Source of the DNA: Candidatus Aegiribacteria sp.
Lineage (GTDB): Bacteria > Fermentibacterota > Fermentibacteria > Fermentibacterales > JCC-6
Length of the DNA stretch: 64,000 bases
Assembly (NCBI GenBank): GCA_030600545.1
Contig: JAUVLV010000002.1
Span: 241-64,240 of the forward strand
Direction of reading: 5' to 3'
The first letter of the stretch is position 1. Each line of letters starts with the position of its first letter. The notes beneath the pieces were generated by a model that searched no databases, was not told the origin of the DNA, and saw nothing but the letters and a program-made list of their open reading frames with translations. Made by a program: the position numbers and the translations under genes. Below, one piece after another: positions 1 to 9,193 of the stretch.

Positions 1-1
1 A

Positions 2-1474
2 GGTATCGTCAGAGTAATCATCGACGTTAACGGCGAGCTTCTCAACTACAGCGCTTCACTTGATGGAAATCAGCTCATTCTCGAGATGCAGACAGATCCC
101 ACCGGCATACCTTTTGCAGCATGGTCAGCAACCTCAGAATACGTTGAACCCGTAATTACGGGTGGCGATGTGGCACCGTTATCTTCTCCCGCATACTCAA
201 CACTTTCGGGACAGCCTGTTATGACCTCATCAAGGGGTATCCGAATAAGTGAAAGTCAGCGCGAAGTAGACGACGGTTTTCCTGTGGAATGGTCCGGAGT
301 CGGTGGACGAAGGATAACCATCGATGTGATGGACGCAAGCCTGAGAACAGTTCTACGGGCAGTTTCAGATGTCAGTGGATTGAATATCATGCTTCCGGAA
401 GATTATTCCTCATCAGTTACTGCCAGACTGCAGAATGTTGGATGGAGAGATGCCCTGACCGCAATTCTTAATTCCCAGGGCCTTGTTGCCAGCATGCAGG
501 GTAACGTTCTCAGAGTAATGCCCAGGGAAGCATTCTATACGGAAATAACCCAGATGGCTTCCACCCGTAATGACAGAGAGAACCTGCAGGACCTCCAGAC
601 AGAGATATTTGTAATCAGGTATGCTACCGCGGAAAGCGTGAACAATGCTCTCAGCACCGCTCTGTCCGAGAGAGGTCAGATATCTGTAGATAACAGAACA
701 AACTCTATAATCATCACGGATATTCCGTACAAACTTGAGGAGGTCGGCAGACTTCTGCCGGTACTTGACAGCCCTACCGCACAGGTCATGATCGAAGCAA
801 AACTGGTTGAGATCGATGCAAGCTATGCTAATGAAATGGGTATAGACTGGTCGCTCGGGAATCTTTCAAGATCAAATGATCTCGTGCATGCCGGCATAAG
901 TTCAAGTGGTCTTTCCGTCGGAGATATGACAGCCAGTCTCGCATTCGGAACCATAGCCAGTATGTTTGATGTGAATGCGACTATTTCGATGCTGGAATCA
1001 CAGAATCATGCGCATATCCTTTCGGAACCAAGAATAGCGATAATAGATAACATGACCGGTACAGTTATATCCGGTAAGGAAATACCGTTAACTTTGAAGG
1101 ATGAGAGCGGAAACACTTATATTCAGATGTACCAGATTGGAGTTGAACTCACGGTTACACCTCATATCAACGCTGATAACAACGTAACTCTTGAGCTCCA
1201 ACCTATTGTAAGCGAACTCTCCGGAGAAGCCACATCTGCGCAGCAGCCGATAATCCTGACGCAAAGCGCAAACACAACGTTGATGATAGACGATGGTTCA
1301 ACGGCGGTTATCGGTGGAATAATGAGAAACAAGCGAACATCTGTAAGAAAGGCAATACCGATACTTGGTCAAATACCTCTGCTCGGTGATTGGCTTTTTT
1401 CCTACAACTCAGAGCGTGAAGAAAGTACAGAGCTTGTAATATTCGTTACCCCACACATTATCAGGCCTTACTAA
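2..1474 (+). CDS. pilQ: Secretin of the type IV pilus / type II secretion family (PilQ-like), 5' end cut by the window edge
   Basis: The frame is open from nt 2, with no stop before the ATG at 86, so the gene continues upstream. The C-terminal secretin signature is AVIGGIMRNKRTSVRKAIPILGQIPLLGDWLF...ELVIFVTPHII. Confidence 0.8.
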   Translation, partial: GIVRVIIDVNGELLNYSASLDGNQLILEMQTDPTGIPFAAWSATSEYVEPVITGGDVAPLSSPAYSTLSGQPVMTSSRGIRISESQREVDDGFPVEWSGVGGRRITIDVMDASLRTVLRAVSDVSGLNIMLPEDYSSSVTARLQNVGWRDALTAILNSQGLVASMQGNVLRVMPREAFYTEITQMASTRNDRENLQDLQTEIFVIRYATAESVNNALSTALSERGQISVDNRTNSIIITDIPYKLEEVGRLLPVLDSPTAQVMIEAKLVEIDASYANEMGIDWSLGNLSRSNDLVHAGISSSGLSVGDMTASLAFGTIASMFDVNATISMLESQNHAHILSEPRIAIIDNMTGTVISGKEIPLTLKDESGNTYIQMYQIGVELTVTPHINADNNVTLELQPIVSELSGEATSAQQPIILTQSANTTLMIDDGSTAVIGGIMRNKRTSVRKAIPILGQIPLLGDWLFSYNSEREESTELVIFVTPHIIRPY

Positions 1475-1486
1475 AACCAGGTCAGA

Positions 1487-2023
1487 GTGATTAGACTGGG
1501 GCGGGGAAAGTGGAAGGGTCACATTCTCCGCCCCTCTTCTAATCTGTGCAGACCCACTTCATCCCTTCTTCGTGCTGCTCTTATGGATATTGCCGGAAGG
1601 AACCACATAGATTCCGCTATTGTATGGGATTTCTGTGCAGGCAGCGGGGCTGTGGGACTTGAAGCTCTGAGCTGGGGAGCTTCACATTGTGTATTCATCG
1701 ACAGGAATCCCCGTTCAGCATTGTTCATCCGGGATTTCCTTACGAAACATGATGCTAATGATAACGCAACTGTCATCACCGGGGATTTCAAGGATTATAT
1801 TAACAGACTGAATTCATTACCTGATGTTGTTTTCATCGATCCTCCTTACAGATACACCAGGCTTTACGAATGGATAGATTTACTGCAATGGAACAGTATC
1901 CTGTCATCGGATGGAATTGTTTTTGTTGAATGCGGAAGTGAAACTGTGCTGCAGAAGGAATGGAGCAGGAGAAAGTACGGAGACAGTTACCTTAACTGGA
2001 AAAGAATGAAGGATGTACGATGA
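1487..2023 (+). CDS. rsmD: 16S rRNA (guanine-N2)-methyltransferase RsmD
   Basis: It has a SAM-binding loop (FCAGSGAVGLEALSWGA) and a DPPY motif. It is about 178 aa, starts at GTG, and overlaps coaD by 4 nt in the classical rsmD-coaD pairing. Confidence 0.8.
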   Translation: MIRLGRGKWKGHILRPSSNLCRPTSSLLRAALMDIAGRNHIDSAIVWDFCAGSGAVGLEALSWGASHCVFIDRNPRSALFIRDFLTKHDANDNATVITGDFKDYINRLNSLPDVVFIDPPYRYTRLYEWIDLLQWNSILSSDGIVFVECGSETVLQKEWSRRKYGDSYLNWKRMKDVR

Positions 2024-2502
2024 GAATTATTTATCCAGGAACATTTGATCCTGTAACACTCGGACATATCGATGTAATAAGAAGGGCACGAAAAGCATTC
2101 AGTGAAATTGAAATTGCCGTAGTGACCCGTTCTTCAAAATCTCTCTGCTTCCCGATCGAAGAGAGGGTAAGGTTTATCAGGGAATCCCTGGATGAGATCG
2201 GACTGAAAGGAATAAAGGTGACTGCATTCGATTGCCTTCTGATTGAATATATGAAGATGAAGGATTGTCACAATTTCATAAGAGGTCTTCGAGCCAATTC
2301 CGATTTTGAATACGAATTCCAGATGCAGCTGATGAATAGAAGACTGGCACCTGAGATAACAGGGCTTTATCTTATGCCTTCGGAAGATATGATGTATCTG
2401 TCTTCCAAACTTGTAAAAGAGATAGCGAAGTATGGAGGAGACCTTTCAACGATGGTCACAACCTGCGTAAGAAAAGCTTTATTTGACTATTTTGAACACT
2501 GA
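2020..2502 (+). CDS. coaD: Phosphopantetheine adenylyltransferase
   Basis: The N-terminus IYPGTFDPVTLGHIDVIRRA carries the T/HxGH nucleotidyltransferase motif. The 160 aa length is typical of CoaD. Confidence 0.9.
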   Translation: MRIIYPGTFDPVTLGHIDVIRRARKAFSEIEIAVVTRSSKSLCFPIEERVRFIRESLDEIGLKGIKVTAFDCLLIEYMKMKDCHNFIRGLRANSDFEYEFQMQLMNRRLAPEITGLYLMPSEDMMYLSSKLVKEIAKYGGDLSTMVTTCVRKALFDYFEH

Positions 2503-2519
2503 TCTATTACAGGAAATGG

Positions 2520-3686
2520 ATGCTTATGAATTATTCAAGAACCATAATGTCACTTTCTCCTTCAGCGACACTTCAATTGAGCGCGAAAGCAAAAGAATTG
2601 AAGAAATCAGGAAGGGATATCGTATCACTTTCCGCAGGACAGCCTGATTTCCCAACACCTGCACCAATCGCCGAGGCCGGTATTGATGCAATACGGGAAG
2701 GAAAAACAGGGTACACTGCCAGCACCGGAATCCCTGAGTTGAAAGAAGCTGTAGCGAGAAACTATTCCGCAAGAAGGAATATTGAATGGAAAGCTGAGAA
2801 TGTAGTAGTAAGCAACGGCGCGAAGCATGGTCTGGTAAATCTTATCAGATCCGCTATTAATCCTGGAGACAGAGTACTACTGCCAAAGCCATACTGGGTC
2901 AGTTATCCTGAAATGGTTAAAGCTTCAGGAGGAATACCGGTATATCCGAAAGAAAGTATCAATCCTGAAGAAATCGTTACAGCCGCATATCAGGGAGCGG
3001 TCGGCCTTCTCCTCAACTACCCTTCGAACCCCTCAGGCTGTGTTCCATCTGAAGATGAAATGAAAGGCATAGCCGATGCCATAGCTGATACAGATATGTG
3101 GGTTATCTCAGATGACATTTACGAAGACCTGGTTTACACTGAAGGCGGAACCCCCCATATACTTGATTACAGACCGGAGCTGAAAGAAAGGACTGCCGTT
3201 GTATCAGGTGTGTCTAAAACTTACTCAATGACCGGATGGCGAATCGGGTACTCGCTGGCAAATACGGAATGGTCAAAACTCTCCGGTGTACTTCAGGCGC
3301 ATTCCACATCGAATCCATGCTCTATTTCCCAGTGGGCTGCTCTGGCAGCAGTTGAAGGTAAAGCTGAGAGTGAAAAAAATGAAATGCACAATTCCTTCAG
3401 AAAGAGAAGGGATTTGATGTGTTCTTTACTTTTGGACGAAAAAGACTTACAATTTAAGAGACCGGAAGGAGCGTTTTACGTATTTTCCCGGCTGACTGCA
3501 GATACTGAACTTGACACTGAAAGCTTCTGCAGTGAACTTCTGGAAGAAGAGGGCCTAGCTGTAATACCGGGTTCCGCTTTTGGAGCTGAAGGATATATAA
3601 GGTTGTCTTTTGCGGCATCCGATGATGATATTCGGGAAGGTGTGAAAAGATTGAGAAGATTTCTGCACAGGAGGTATTTTGCATGA
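2520..3686 (+). CDS. Class I/II PLP-dependent aminotransferase (aspartate aminotransferase-like)
   Basis: The PLP-lysine region is SGVSKTYSMTGWRIGY, with an NPSNPSG-type motif (NYPSNPSGC). Length is 388 aa. Confidence 0.8.
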   Translation: MLMNYSRTIMSLSPSATLQLSAKAKELKKSGRDIVSLSAGQPDFPTPAPIAEAGIDAIREGKTGYTASTGIPELKEAVARNYSARRNIEWKAENVVVSNGAKHGLVNLIRSAINPGDRVLLPKPYWVSYPEMVKASGGIPVYPKESINPEEIVTAAYQGAVGLLLNYPSNPSGCVPSEDEMKGIADAIADTDMWVISDDIYEDLVYTEGGTPHILDYRPELKERTAVVSGVSKTYSMTGWRIGYSLANTEWSKLSGVLQAHSTSNPCSISQWAALAAVEGKAESEKNEMHNSFRKRRDLMCSLLLDEKDLQFKRPEGAFYVFSRLTADTELDTESFCSELLEEEGLAVIPGSAFGAEGYIRLSFAASDDDIREGVKRLRRFLHRRYFA

Positions 3687-4105
3687 TTGTGACCTGTCCC
3701 AATTGTAGCTGTAAGTACAATATTCCCGAAAACAAAATTGGAGACTCTCCGAAACGCTTTCGATGCAGAAAATGTTCAGAGGTTTTCATTATCAATCCTC
3801 CGAATAGCGATATGACCGGAACAGATGAAATGCCCCAGGAGAATGATAGTCCAGAACAGAAAGCTGCACGATTCGCGAGGGTTTTGTCAAGCGACATACT
3901 TATCTATAACCGGGATCTGATAGCTGAAGCCAGAAATGACGGGAACCTGCCCGAAGTAATGAATCAGGAAATTCAGAAATCCTGGGATCTATGGAAAAGC
4001 AGATTTCCAGAGGAAAGTGAAAACAATCCCGATATTTTCAGCGATGCGCTTAATCAGTATCTTGCCGATGGGGAAAAGATCTTCAGAAGCCAGGACTATT
4101 CCTGA
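3683..4105 (+). CDS. MJ0042-type zinc-ribbon protein
   Basis: The N-terminus MIVTCPNCSCKYNIPENKIGDSPKRFRCRKCSEVF has two CxxC pairs. The start overlaps the aminotransferase stop as ATGA. Confidence 0.6.
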   Translation: MIVTCPNCSCKYNIPENKIGDSPKRFRCRKCSEVFIINPPNSDMTGTDEMPQENDSPEQKAARFARVLSSDILIYNRDLIAEARNDGNLPEVMNQEIQKSWDLWKSRFPEESENNPDIFSDALNQYLADGEKIFRSQDYS

Positions 4106-4677
4106 AGCGGTTCATTTTCCCTGATCCTGTCACGGACCATCCTGAATATTATATGGCAGAGCATCAGATGAATATCTTCGATCTGCTGCATATCCTCACT
4201 TGGGACTATTATTGATTTCTTAACGATATTTATTGCTTCTCCGCCATTGAAACCCGAAAGCAGTACCGAGATTGCGCCTGCTTTGTTGGCTACCCTGAAA
4301 GCATTTATGACATTTGGGCTCATTCCGCTTCCGGAAAAGCCAACAACGACATCTCTTTCCTCAACAAGATTTCTCAGTTGTTCACCGAAGGTATTTGTGT
4401 AATCGGTATCGTTTGCCCATGCAGTTATCAGAGGGACGTTATCGGAAAGGCTGACAGCCTTAAGCCTGGGTTTTCCCGGAGTTGCGGTTCCCTTTGCGAG
4501 ATCACAGACGAAATGGCTGGAAGTGGCCGATCCTCCACCGTTGCCGAAAACGAAAACCCTCCTGCCATTCTCGTAGGCCTCAAGTATGATCATGACAAGC
4601 TCTTCTATATTCTTCGACGGAATTTTCAGAGCTAGAGCACTTACCTGATTAAGATATGTGCTTATTTCTTTCAGCAT
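4096..4677 (-). CDS. gmhA: SIS-domain sugar-phosphate isomerase (phosphoheptose isomerase GmhA-like)
   Basis: The SIS motifs are VFVFGNGGSATSSHFVCDL and GFSGSGMSPNVINA. Length is 193 aa. It lies downstream of a sugar nucleotidyltransferase. Confidence 0.7.
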   Translation of the reverse strand: MLKEISTYLNQVSALALKIPSKNIEELVMIILEAYENGRRVFVFGNGGGSATSSHFVCDLAKGTATPGKPRLKAVSLSDNVPLITAWANDTDYTNTFGEQLRNLVEERDVVVGFSGSGMSPNVINAFRVANKAGAISVLLSGFNGGEAINIVKKSIIVPSEDMQQIEDIHLMLCHIIFRMVRDRIRENEPLQE

Positions 4678-4688
4678 ATTCTCTCCAA

Positions 4689-5654
4689 TCAGAACACTTT
4701 CAGATATTTGTCATCAGCTATGGTATCTTCAGGTACTTCTGTTCCGGGCATTACAAGCGTGTTTTTCAATGAGCAGTTCCAGCCGATGGTCGCACCTGAT
4801 AGTACAACACAATTCTCAAGGGAGCAACCTCTTGAAATAAGGGATCCCTTTTCAATCCATATTGTACCTTTGAGCTCAATATCATCGTACGTTTGGCTGT
4901 TTTCAATCAATTTGCCATTCTGGATGTTACCGTTGTCCGCATACGGTATCAGTATGCCGGAAAGAACATCATGACAGGCCAGAAGGTAGCTTTTACACGT
5001 TCCTATATCCCTTGTATAGCCTCCTGGTGTATCTGCGGCAAGAACCCTTCCTTCCTTAAGAAGCGCAGGAAACACATCCATTCCAAAATCGGAGAATTCC
5101 CCATCGTGCAAATGCATAACCGCAGATTTCCTGCAAATATATAAACCCGAATTGGCAAAATTTGATTCTGCAACATCATTTGGAGGCTTTTCACGGAAAT
5201 GTGATATTCTTCCATCTGGTTCTGTCAGCACTATGCCTTTGCCGGAGGGTTCGCCTGTTGGAGCGAGGGCTATTGTTACTTCGGAATCCAGCCGGGAATG
5301 CAGTTCAAGCAGCGGTGCTACCGGCTGTCTTGTGAGGTTGTCGCCATAGACCACAAGAAAATCTTCCCCAAGGAACGGAAGGGCTTTCCGGACGGCTCCA
5401 GCTGTGCCAAGTGGTTTATCTTCCCTCTGGAAAAGGATTTTCAGAGGAAGATCAGTATTTTTGAGGTAATCCTCGATCATATCCGCCTTCCAGGAGCCGT
5501 TTACAACAGCTGTATCAATTCCCTCTGAAGCCAGGTGAAGAAGTGTATCATGGATGAGAGTAAAACCGGCTATTCTCACAAGCGGTTTTGGAACATTATC
5601 CGTCAGGGGTTGCAGTCTTGTGCCGTAGCCGGCGCATAAGACCATTGCATTCAT
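4689..5654 (-). CDS. NDP-sugar pyrophosphorylase (sugar-1-phosphate nucleotidyltransferase with a C-terminal left-handed beta-helix)
   Basis: The N-terminus is AMVLCAGYGTRLQPLTDNVPKPLV (GxGTRL motif). The C-terminus has hexapeptide-like repeats. Adjacency to the gmhA-like gene suggests an HddC-like heptose-1-P guanylyltransferase role (inference). Confidence 0.7.
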   Translation of the reverse strand: MNAMVLCAGYGTRLQPLTDNVPKPLVRIAGFTLIHDTLLHLASEGIDTAVVNGSWKADMIEDYLKNTDLPLKILFQREDKPLGTAGAVRKALPFLGEDFLVVYGDNLTRQPVAPLLELHSRLDSEVTIALAPTGEPSGKGIVLTEPDGRISHFREKPPNDVAESNFANSGLYICRKSAVMHLHDGEFSDFGMDVFPALLKEGRVLAADTPGGYTRDIGTCKSYLLACHDVLSGILIPYADNGNIQNGKLIENSQTYDDIELKGTIWIEKGSLISRGCSLENCVVLSGATIGWNCSLKNTLVMPGTEVPEDTIADDKYLKVF

Positions 5655-6598
5655 CGCGTTGTATCCTCACTGTCAGGTACGGCGTATCTGATAATACCAT
5701 TGCCAAGGCGCATCAATCTTGATGCTGCATAAAGAAAACGCTGCAGGCCAAGTCGGAAATATACAAACTGGAAAAATCCTTTAACAGGATTACTCATATT
5801 GATTGAAGGTGGATCAACCTGTCTTCTGATGGAACCGTAATTACCCGACTGTTTTGCGAAGATTCTGAAACCTCCCTTTTCCAGAACCGCTTCAAGGGTC
5901 CGGGGCTGGAAGAAGTAGAGATGGGCAGGTACCGAATCTGGTTCGATGGTGCCGGGTTTCATGTTCTTCAGAAGAGCTTCAGCGATTTCCTCCCAGTGAT
6001 AGAGTTCCCATGGGCATTGTACTACGAGAATACCTTCGGGAGAAAGGAGCTCTTTTATCCGGTGGAGTATATCGAAGGGTTTGTGAAGATGTTCGAGAAC
6101 GTCAAGCAGCAATACTACATCGAAGGAGTGTTCTTCAAGATCAACTGACTCAACACTCCCCGTATGTACATCAAGCCCCAGTTCATTCCGGGCAAATGCT
6201 GAAGAAAGAGGGCTTATTTCGACACCTGTTACTTTCCATTCCCTCTCGCGAAGATAATCCAGAAGGAATCCATATGCGCAGCCGATCTCAAGGAGACGCT
6301 TCCCCCTGGCTCTATGAAGCAGATCCCGGTGACGCCTGGCAAAGATCTTCATGAATGTGTCATTGTATTTTTCAAATGTTCGAATGTAGCCCTTGTATCC
6401 AACATCTCCATCTTCATAATACGATTTGCTGTACATATCGATGAGCGTTTTTTCAGCAGGCCTTTCGGACAGGTACACCAGCCCGCATTCCCTGCAGCGG
6501 ACAACAGGCCATGTATTATGTACGCTGAGAAGACAGCGGGAACTGGATCCGCAGAGGATACAGTCTGTCTTTTCTCTTGGGAAACTGCTCCAGTCCAT
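5651..6598 (-). CDS. Class I SAM-dependent methyltransferase with an N-terminal zinc ribbon
   Basis: The zinc ribbon is CILCGSSS...VVRCRECGLVYL and the SAM motif is LLEIGCAYGFLLDYL. The ORF is open up to 6766. I place the start at the ATG at 6598 (MDWSSF...) because GGCGGA lies about 5 nt upstream, while the extension carries a 24-bp palindrome and has no SD. The start is uncertain. Confidence 0.65.
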   Translation of the reverse strand: MDWSSFPREKTDCILCGSSSRCLLSVHNTWPVVRCRECGLVYLSERPAEKTLIDMYSKSYYEDGDVGYKGYIRTFEKYNDTFMKIFARRHRDLLHRARGKRLLEIGCAYGFLLDYLREREWKVTGVEISPLSSAFARNELGLDVHTGSVESVDLEEHSFDVVLLLDVLEHLHKPFDILHRIKELLSPEGILVVQCPWELYHWEEIAEALLKNMKPGTIEPDSVPAHLYFFQPRTLEAVLEKGGFRIFAKQSGNYGSIRRQVDPPSINMSNPVKGFFQFVYFRLGLQRFLYAASRLMRLGNGIIRYAVPDSEDTTR

Positions 6599-6719
6599 CG
6601 TTCCGCCTTGAAATGTCAACCCCCGGGGGCTTGACAGCTGCTGCAAAACGTACCAAATATCAGGTGTGTTCAGCAGTAATGGTTTCATAGAAGATTGAAT
6701 AACAATGACCTGCAATGTC

Positions 6720-6743
6720 AGGGGTTGACAATTGTCAACCCCT
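6720..6743. promoter_or_regulatory. 24-bp perfect palindrome AGGGGTTGACAATTGTCAACCCCT in a divergent promoter region
   Basis: I verified by hand that it is its own reverse complement. It presents TTGACA on both strands. A third TTGACA follows at 6743-6748. Confidence 0.6.
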
Positions 6744-6850
6744 TGACAGATTAGGCTACTACGCATTAATCTGAATTATGGCAGGAACCTTCTATCTATT
6801 TCTGAATTATAACACGTGAGATTGTGTATTGCACGTGAAAGGCGGCTGTT

Positions 6851-7693
6851 TTGGCAACAAAGCGTACAGAAGGAAGATCATTGGAACTGTACCTTAGAGA
6901 AATAGGCAGTAAAGAGACTCTTTCCTCAGCGGAGGAAGCTTCTCTTGCCAAACGCATCCGTACGGGAGAACAGGAAGCCCTTAATGAACTTACAGAAGCG
7001 AATCTCAGGTTCGTAGTCAGTATCGCGAAGCAGTACGCGAATCAGGGAGTCGCGCTGGAAGACCTTATCAACGAGGGAAATGTAGGGTTGATAAGGGCTG
7101 CGAAAGGATTCGATGAAAGTAAAGGATGCCGCTTCATAACATATGCGGTCTGGTGGATAAGACAGGCTATTCTTCAGGCTCTTGCGGAACAGTCCAGAAT
7201 AGTGCGTCTTCCGCTGAACCGTGTAGGAGAACTGTATAAAATGGGTCGTGCCGCCAGAGAACTAGGGCATTCTCTCGGCAGGAATCCCTCCACGAACGAG
7301 ATTGCCGATGAACTGGATGTATCAAGAGGTGATGTTGAAGGAATGATGTCGATCCACAGTACACACCTTTCACTTGACAGCCCTGTTTACGAAGGCAGTG
7401 ACAAAACTTTCCAGGAGATGATCGCCGATGATGACGATGTTCCCCCGGATGAAGCGGTAGTCCAGACAGCAATGAAGAGAAGCGTTGCGGGAATGCTGGA
7501 TATTCTTGACCAGCGTGAAAGAACGATAATCCAGCTGTTCTTCGGGATAAACACCGACAGAAGACACACACTTGCGGAGATAGGAAGAACGATGGGTATA
7601 AGCCGTGAGAGGGTACGGCAGTTGAAGAACAGGGCTATTTCCAAACTCAACGACAAAACCGACAGCAAGAACCTGCTGCTTTACCTGAAATAG
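6851..7693 (+). CDS. RNA polymerase sigma-70 family factor, short form (280 aa, no region 1.1)
   Basis: Region 2 is DLINEGNVGLIRAAKGFDESKGCRFITYAVWWIRQAILQALAEQSRIVRLP. Region 4.2 is LAEIGRTMGISRERVRQLKNRAISKL. It starts at TTG. From memory, it resembles the short primary sigma of Bacteroidetes. Confidence 0.85.
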   Translation: MATKRTEGRSLELYLREIGSKETLSSAEEASLAKRIRTGEQEALNELTEANLRFVVSIAKQYANQGVALEDLINEGNVGLIRAAKGFDESKGCRFITYAVWWIRQAILQALAEQSRIVRLPLNRVGELYKMGRAARELGHSLGRNPSTNEIADELDVSRGDVEGMMSIHSTHLSLDSPVYEGSDKTFQEMIADDDDVPPDEAVVQTAMKRSVAGMLDILDQRERTIIQLFFGINTDRRHTLAEIGRTMGISRERVRQLKNRAISKLNDKTDSKNLLLYLK

Positions 7694-7710
7694 GAAAACA
7701 GGATTCTTCT

Positions 7711-8619
7711 ATGCCAATAGGCACTATTCACTGGATACCACAGAGATCCAGCAAGATCGGTAAGAAATTCGTACTCACCGCAGGCCGGTTAAGGGTATTG
7801 ATACTCATATTCGCACTTCTCATGACCGGGCTATCGGCTCTGTTTTTTCAAGTAGGCAAAATGAACAGCAGATTTCAGTCAGCCAGCAAAAGGTATGATG
7901 AAATCACAATTGTTCGCGGAGAACTGTATCAGTTGTCTGAGCGTATTATGAACCTCCGATCACAGTTTGAAGAAATTGTAACCAGAGAGGAGCAGATTCT
8001 TGTCGCTGGTGCCGGGCTGAACCTTGATTTTTCGGAACTTCTTCCAAGGGATGTTCCGATGAACGAGCCTCCAAGTGATAACATGTTCAGGTACATAGAT
8101 GACATGGAAATGGAAATCATGCTCATGGAGAGGTTGGCCGATGCTGAACTGATGGCCTACGATTCCCTTGCCGGATATTTAATGGGTAAGGAAAGCGAAT
8201 TGGCGCACATTCCGTCTATCTGGCCTGTAGACGGCATCTTTGTCAGCGATTTTGGCCCCAGGATAGATCCTTTTACAGGAGCCGTACGGATTCATAAGGG
8301 AATCGATCTCGCATGCGTTGCGGGAACACCGATATACGCCCCTGCAGACGGTAAAGTTGTTTTTGCCGGCTGGACCCGCGGATGGGGGCTGAATATTGTT
8401 ATCAGGCATTCGGAAAGAGTCTCAACAAGGTATGCCCATTGTTCAGCCGCATGTACTGTTGTAGGCCAGGAGGTTGACAGGGGAGACCTGATAGCAAGGG
8501 TTGGTACAACGGGCAGATCGGTTGCTCCCCATCTTCATTATGAGGTTCTGATCGATGGAGTTCAGGTTGACCCGGAGGATTACATAATCAGGGAAGGGTC
8601 GGATTCAGCGATCTTTTAA
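7711..8619 (+). CDS. M23 family metallopeptidase (EnvC/NlpD-like) with an N-terminal membrane anchor and coiled coil
   Basis: The M23 motifs are HKGIDLACVAGTPIYAPADGKVVFAG and GRSVAPHLHYEV. Confidence 0.85.
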   Translation: MPIGTIHWIPQRSSKIGKKFVLTAGRLRVLILIFALLMTGLSALFFQVGKMNSRFQSASKRYDEITIVRGELYQLSERIMNLRSQFEEIVTREEQILVAGAGLNLDFSELLPRDVPMNEPPSDNMFRYIDDMEMEIMLMERLADAELMAYDSLAGYLMGKESELAHIPSIWPVDGIFVSDFGPRIDPFTGAVRIHKGIDLACVAGTPIYAPADGKVVFAGWTRGWGLNIVIRHSERVSTRYAHCSAACTVVGQEVDRGDLIARVGTTGRSVAPHLHYEVLIDGVQVDPEDYIIREGSDSAIF

Positions 8620-8770
8620 CCGGAATCCATCACAAACCTCATCAGCATTCTACCCGGATTCTGCCGATCCGGTAGAAATCAATATATTCACTACTGATTC
8701 TGAAAAATTCGAACTGAATAACACCTCAGTAACAATATATGGTGTTAAATATAGATGAGGAATAACACTC

Positions 8771-9193
8771 TTGAACGGTATCAGTCTTGTAAGCGCATGT
8801 CTGTGCGGTATATCCTGTAGGTACGATGGCAGATCAAAACCTGTTGACAGGTTTGTAAGAATGCTCCGGTCCGGGAAATGCGTGCCCTTCTGTCCGGAAA
8901 TACTCGGTGGCCTGACCACACCGAGAGAACCGGCTATTCTGTCAGGCGGTGATGGCTTTGCGGTTCTTGATGGAACAGGATCGGTAATACTCAGGGATGC
9001 TGAGGGAGATGTTACGGATGAATTCGTTAAAGGTGCCGGGCTATCTGTAAGATACGCCCTGGTTTTGAATCCCGAAATCATCTATCTCAAGGAGAAAAGC
9101 CCCTCTTGCGGAATAGGCCGTGGAGATAACATGCCTGGAGTAGCTGCAGCTGCTTTAATAAGGTCAGGCTTCAGGGTGGAGGCGGTGGATTGA
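8771..9193 (+). CDS. DUF523-family protein
   Basis: The N-terminus is SACLCGISCRYDGRSKP, followed by FCPEILGGLTTPREPA, as in DUF523/YbbK-like proteins. It starts at TTG. Confidence 0.6.
   Translation: MNGISLVSACLCGISCRYDGRSKPVDRFVRMLRSGKCVPFCPEILGGLTTPREPAILSGGDGFAVLDGTGSVILRDAEGDVTDEFVKGAGLSVRYALVLNPEIIYLKEKSPSCGIGRGDNMPGVAAAALIRSGFRVEAVD

Noticed and set aside
6599-6766. A 56-codon upstream extension of the methyltransferase ORF.
   Set aside because: The extension has no SD at 6766 or 6688. It contains the 24-bp palindrome and TTGACA boxes, and it encodes an implausible N-terminus. The ATG at 6598 has a GGCGGA site and begins just before the zinc ribbon.
8650-9081. A 143-aa minus-strand ORF overlapping the DUF523 gene.
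   Set aside because: The plus-strand gene has recognisable DUF523 motifs and is coupled to the downstream methyltransferase. The minus-strand product is Ser/Pro-rich and has no features.
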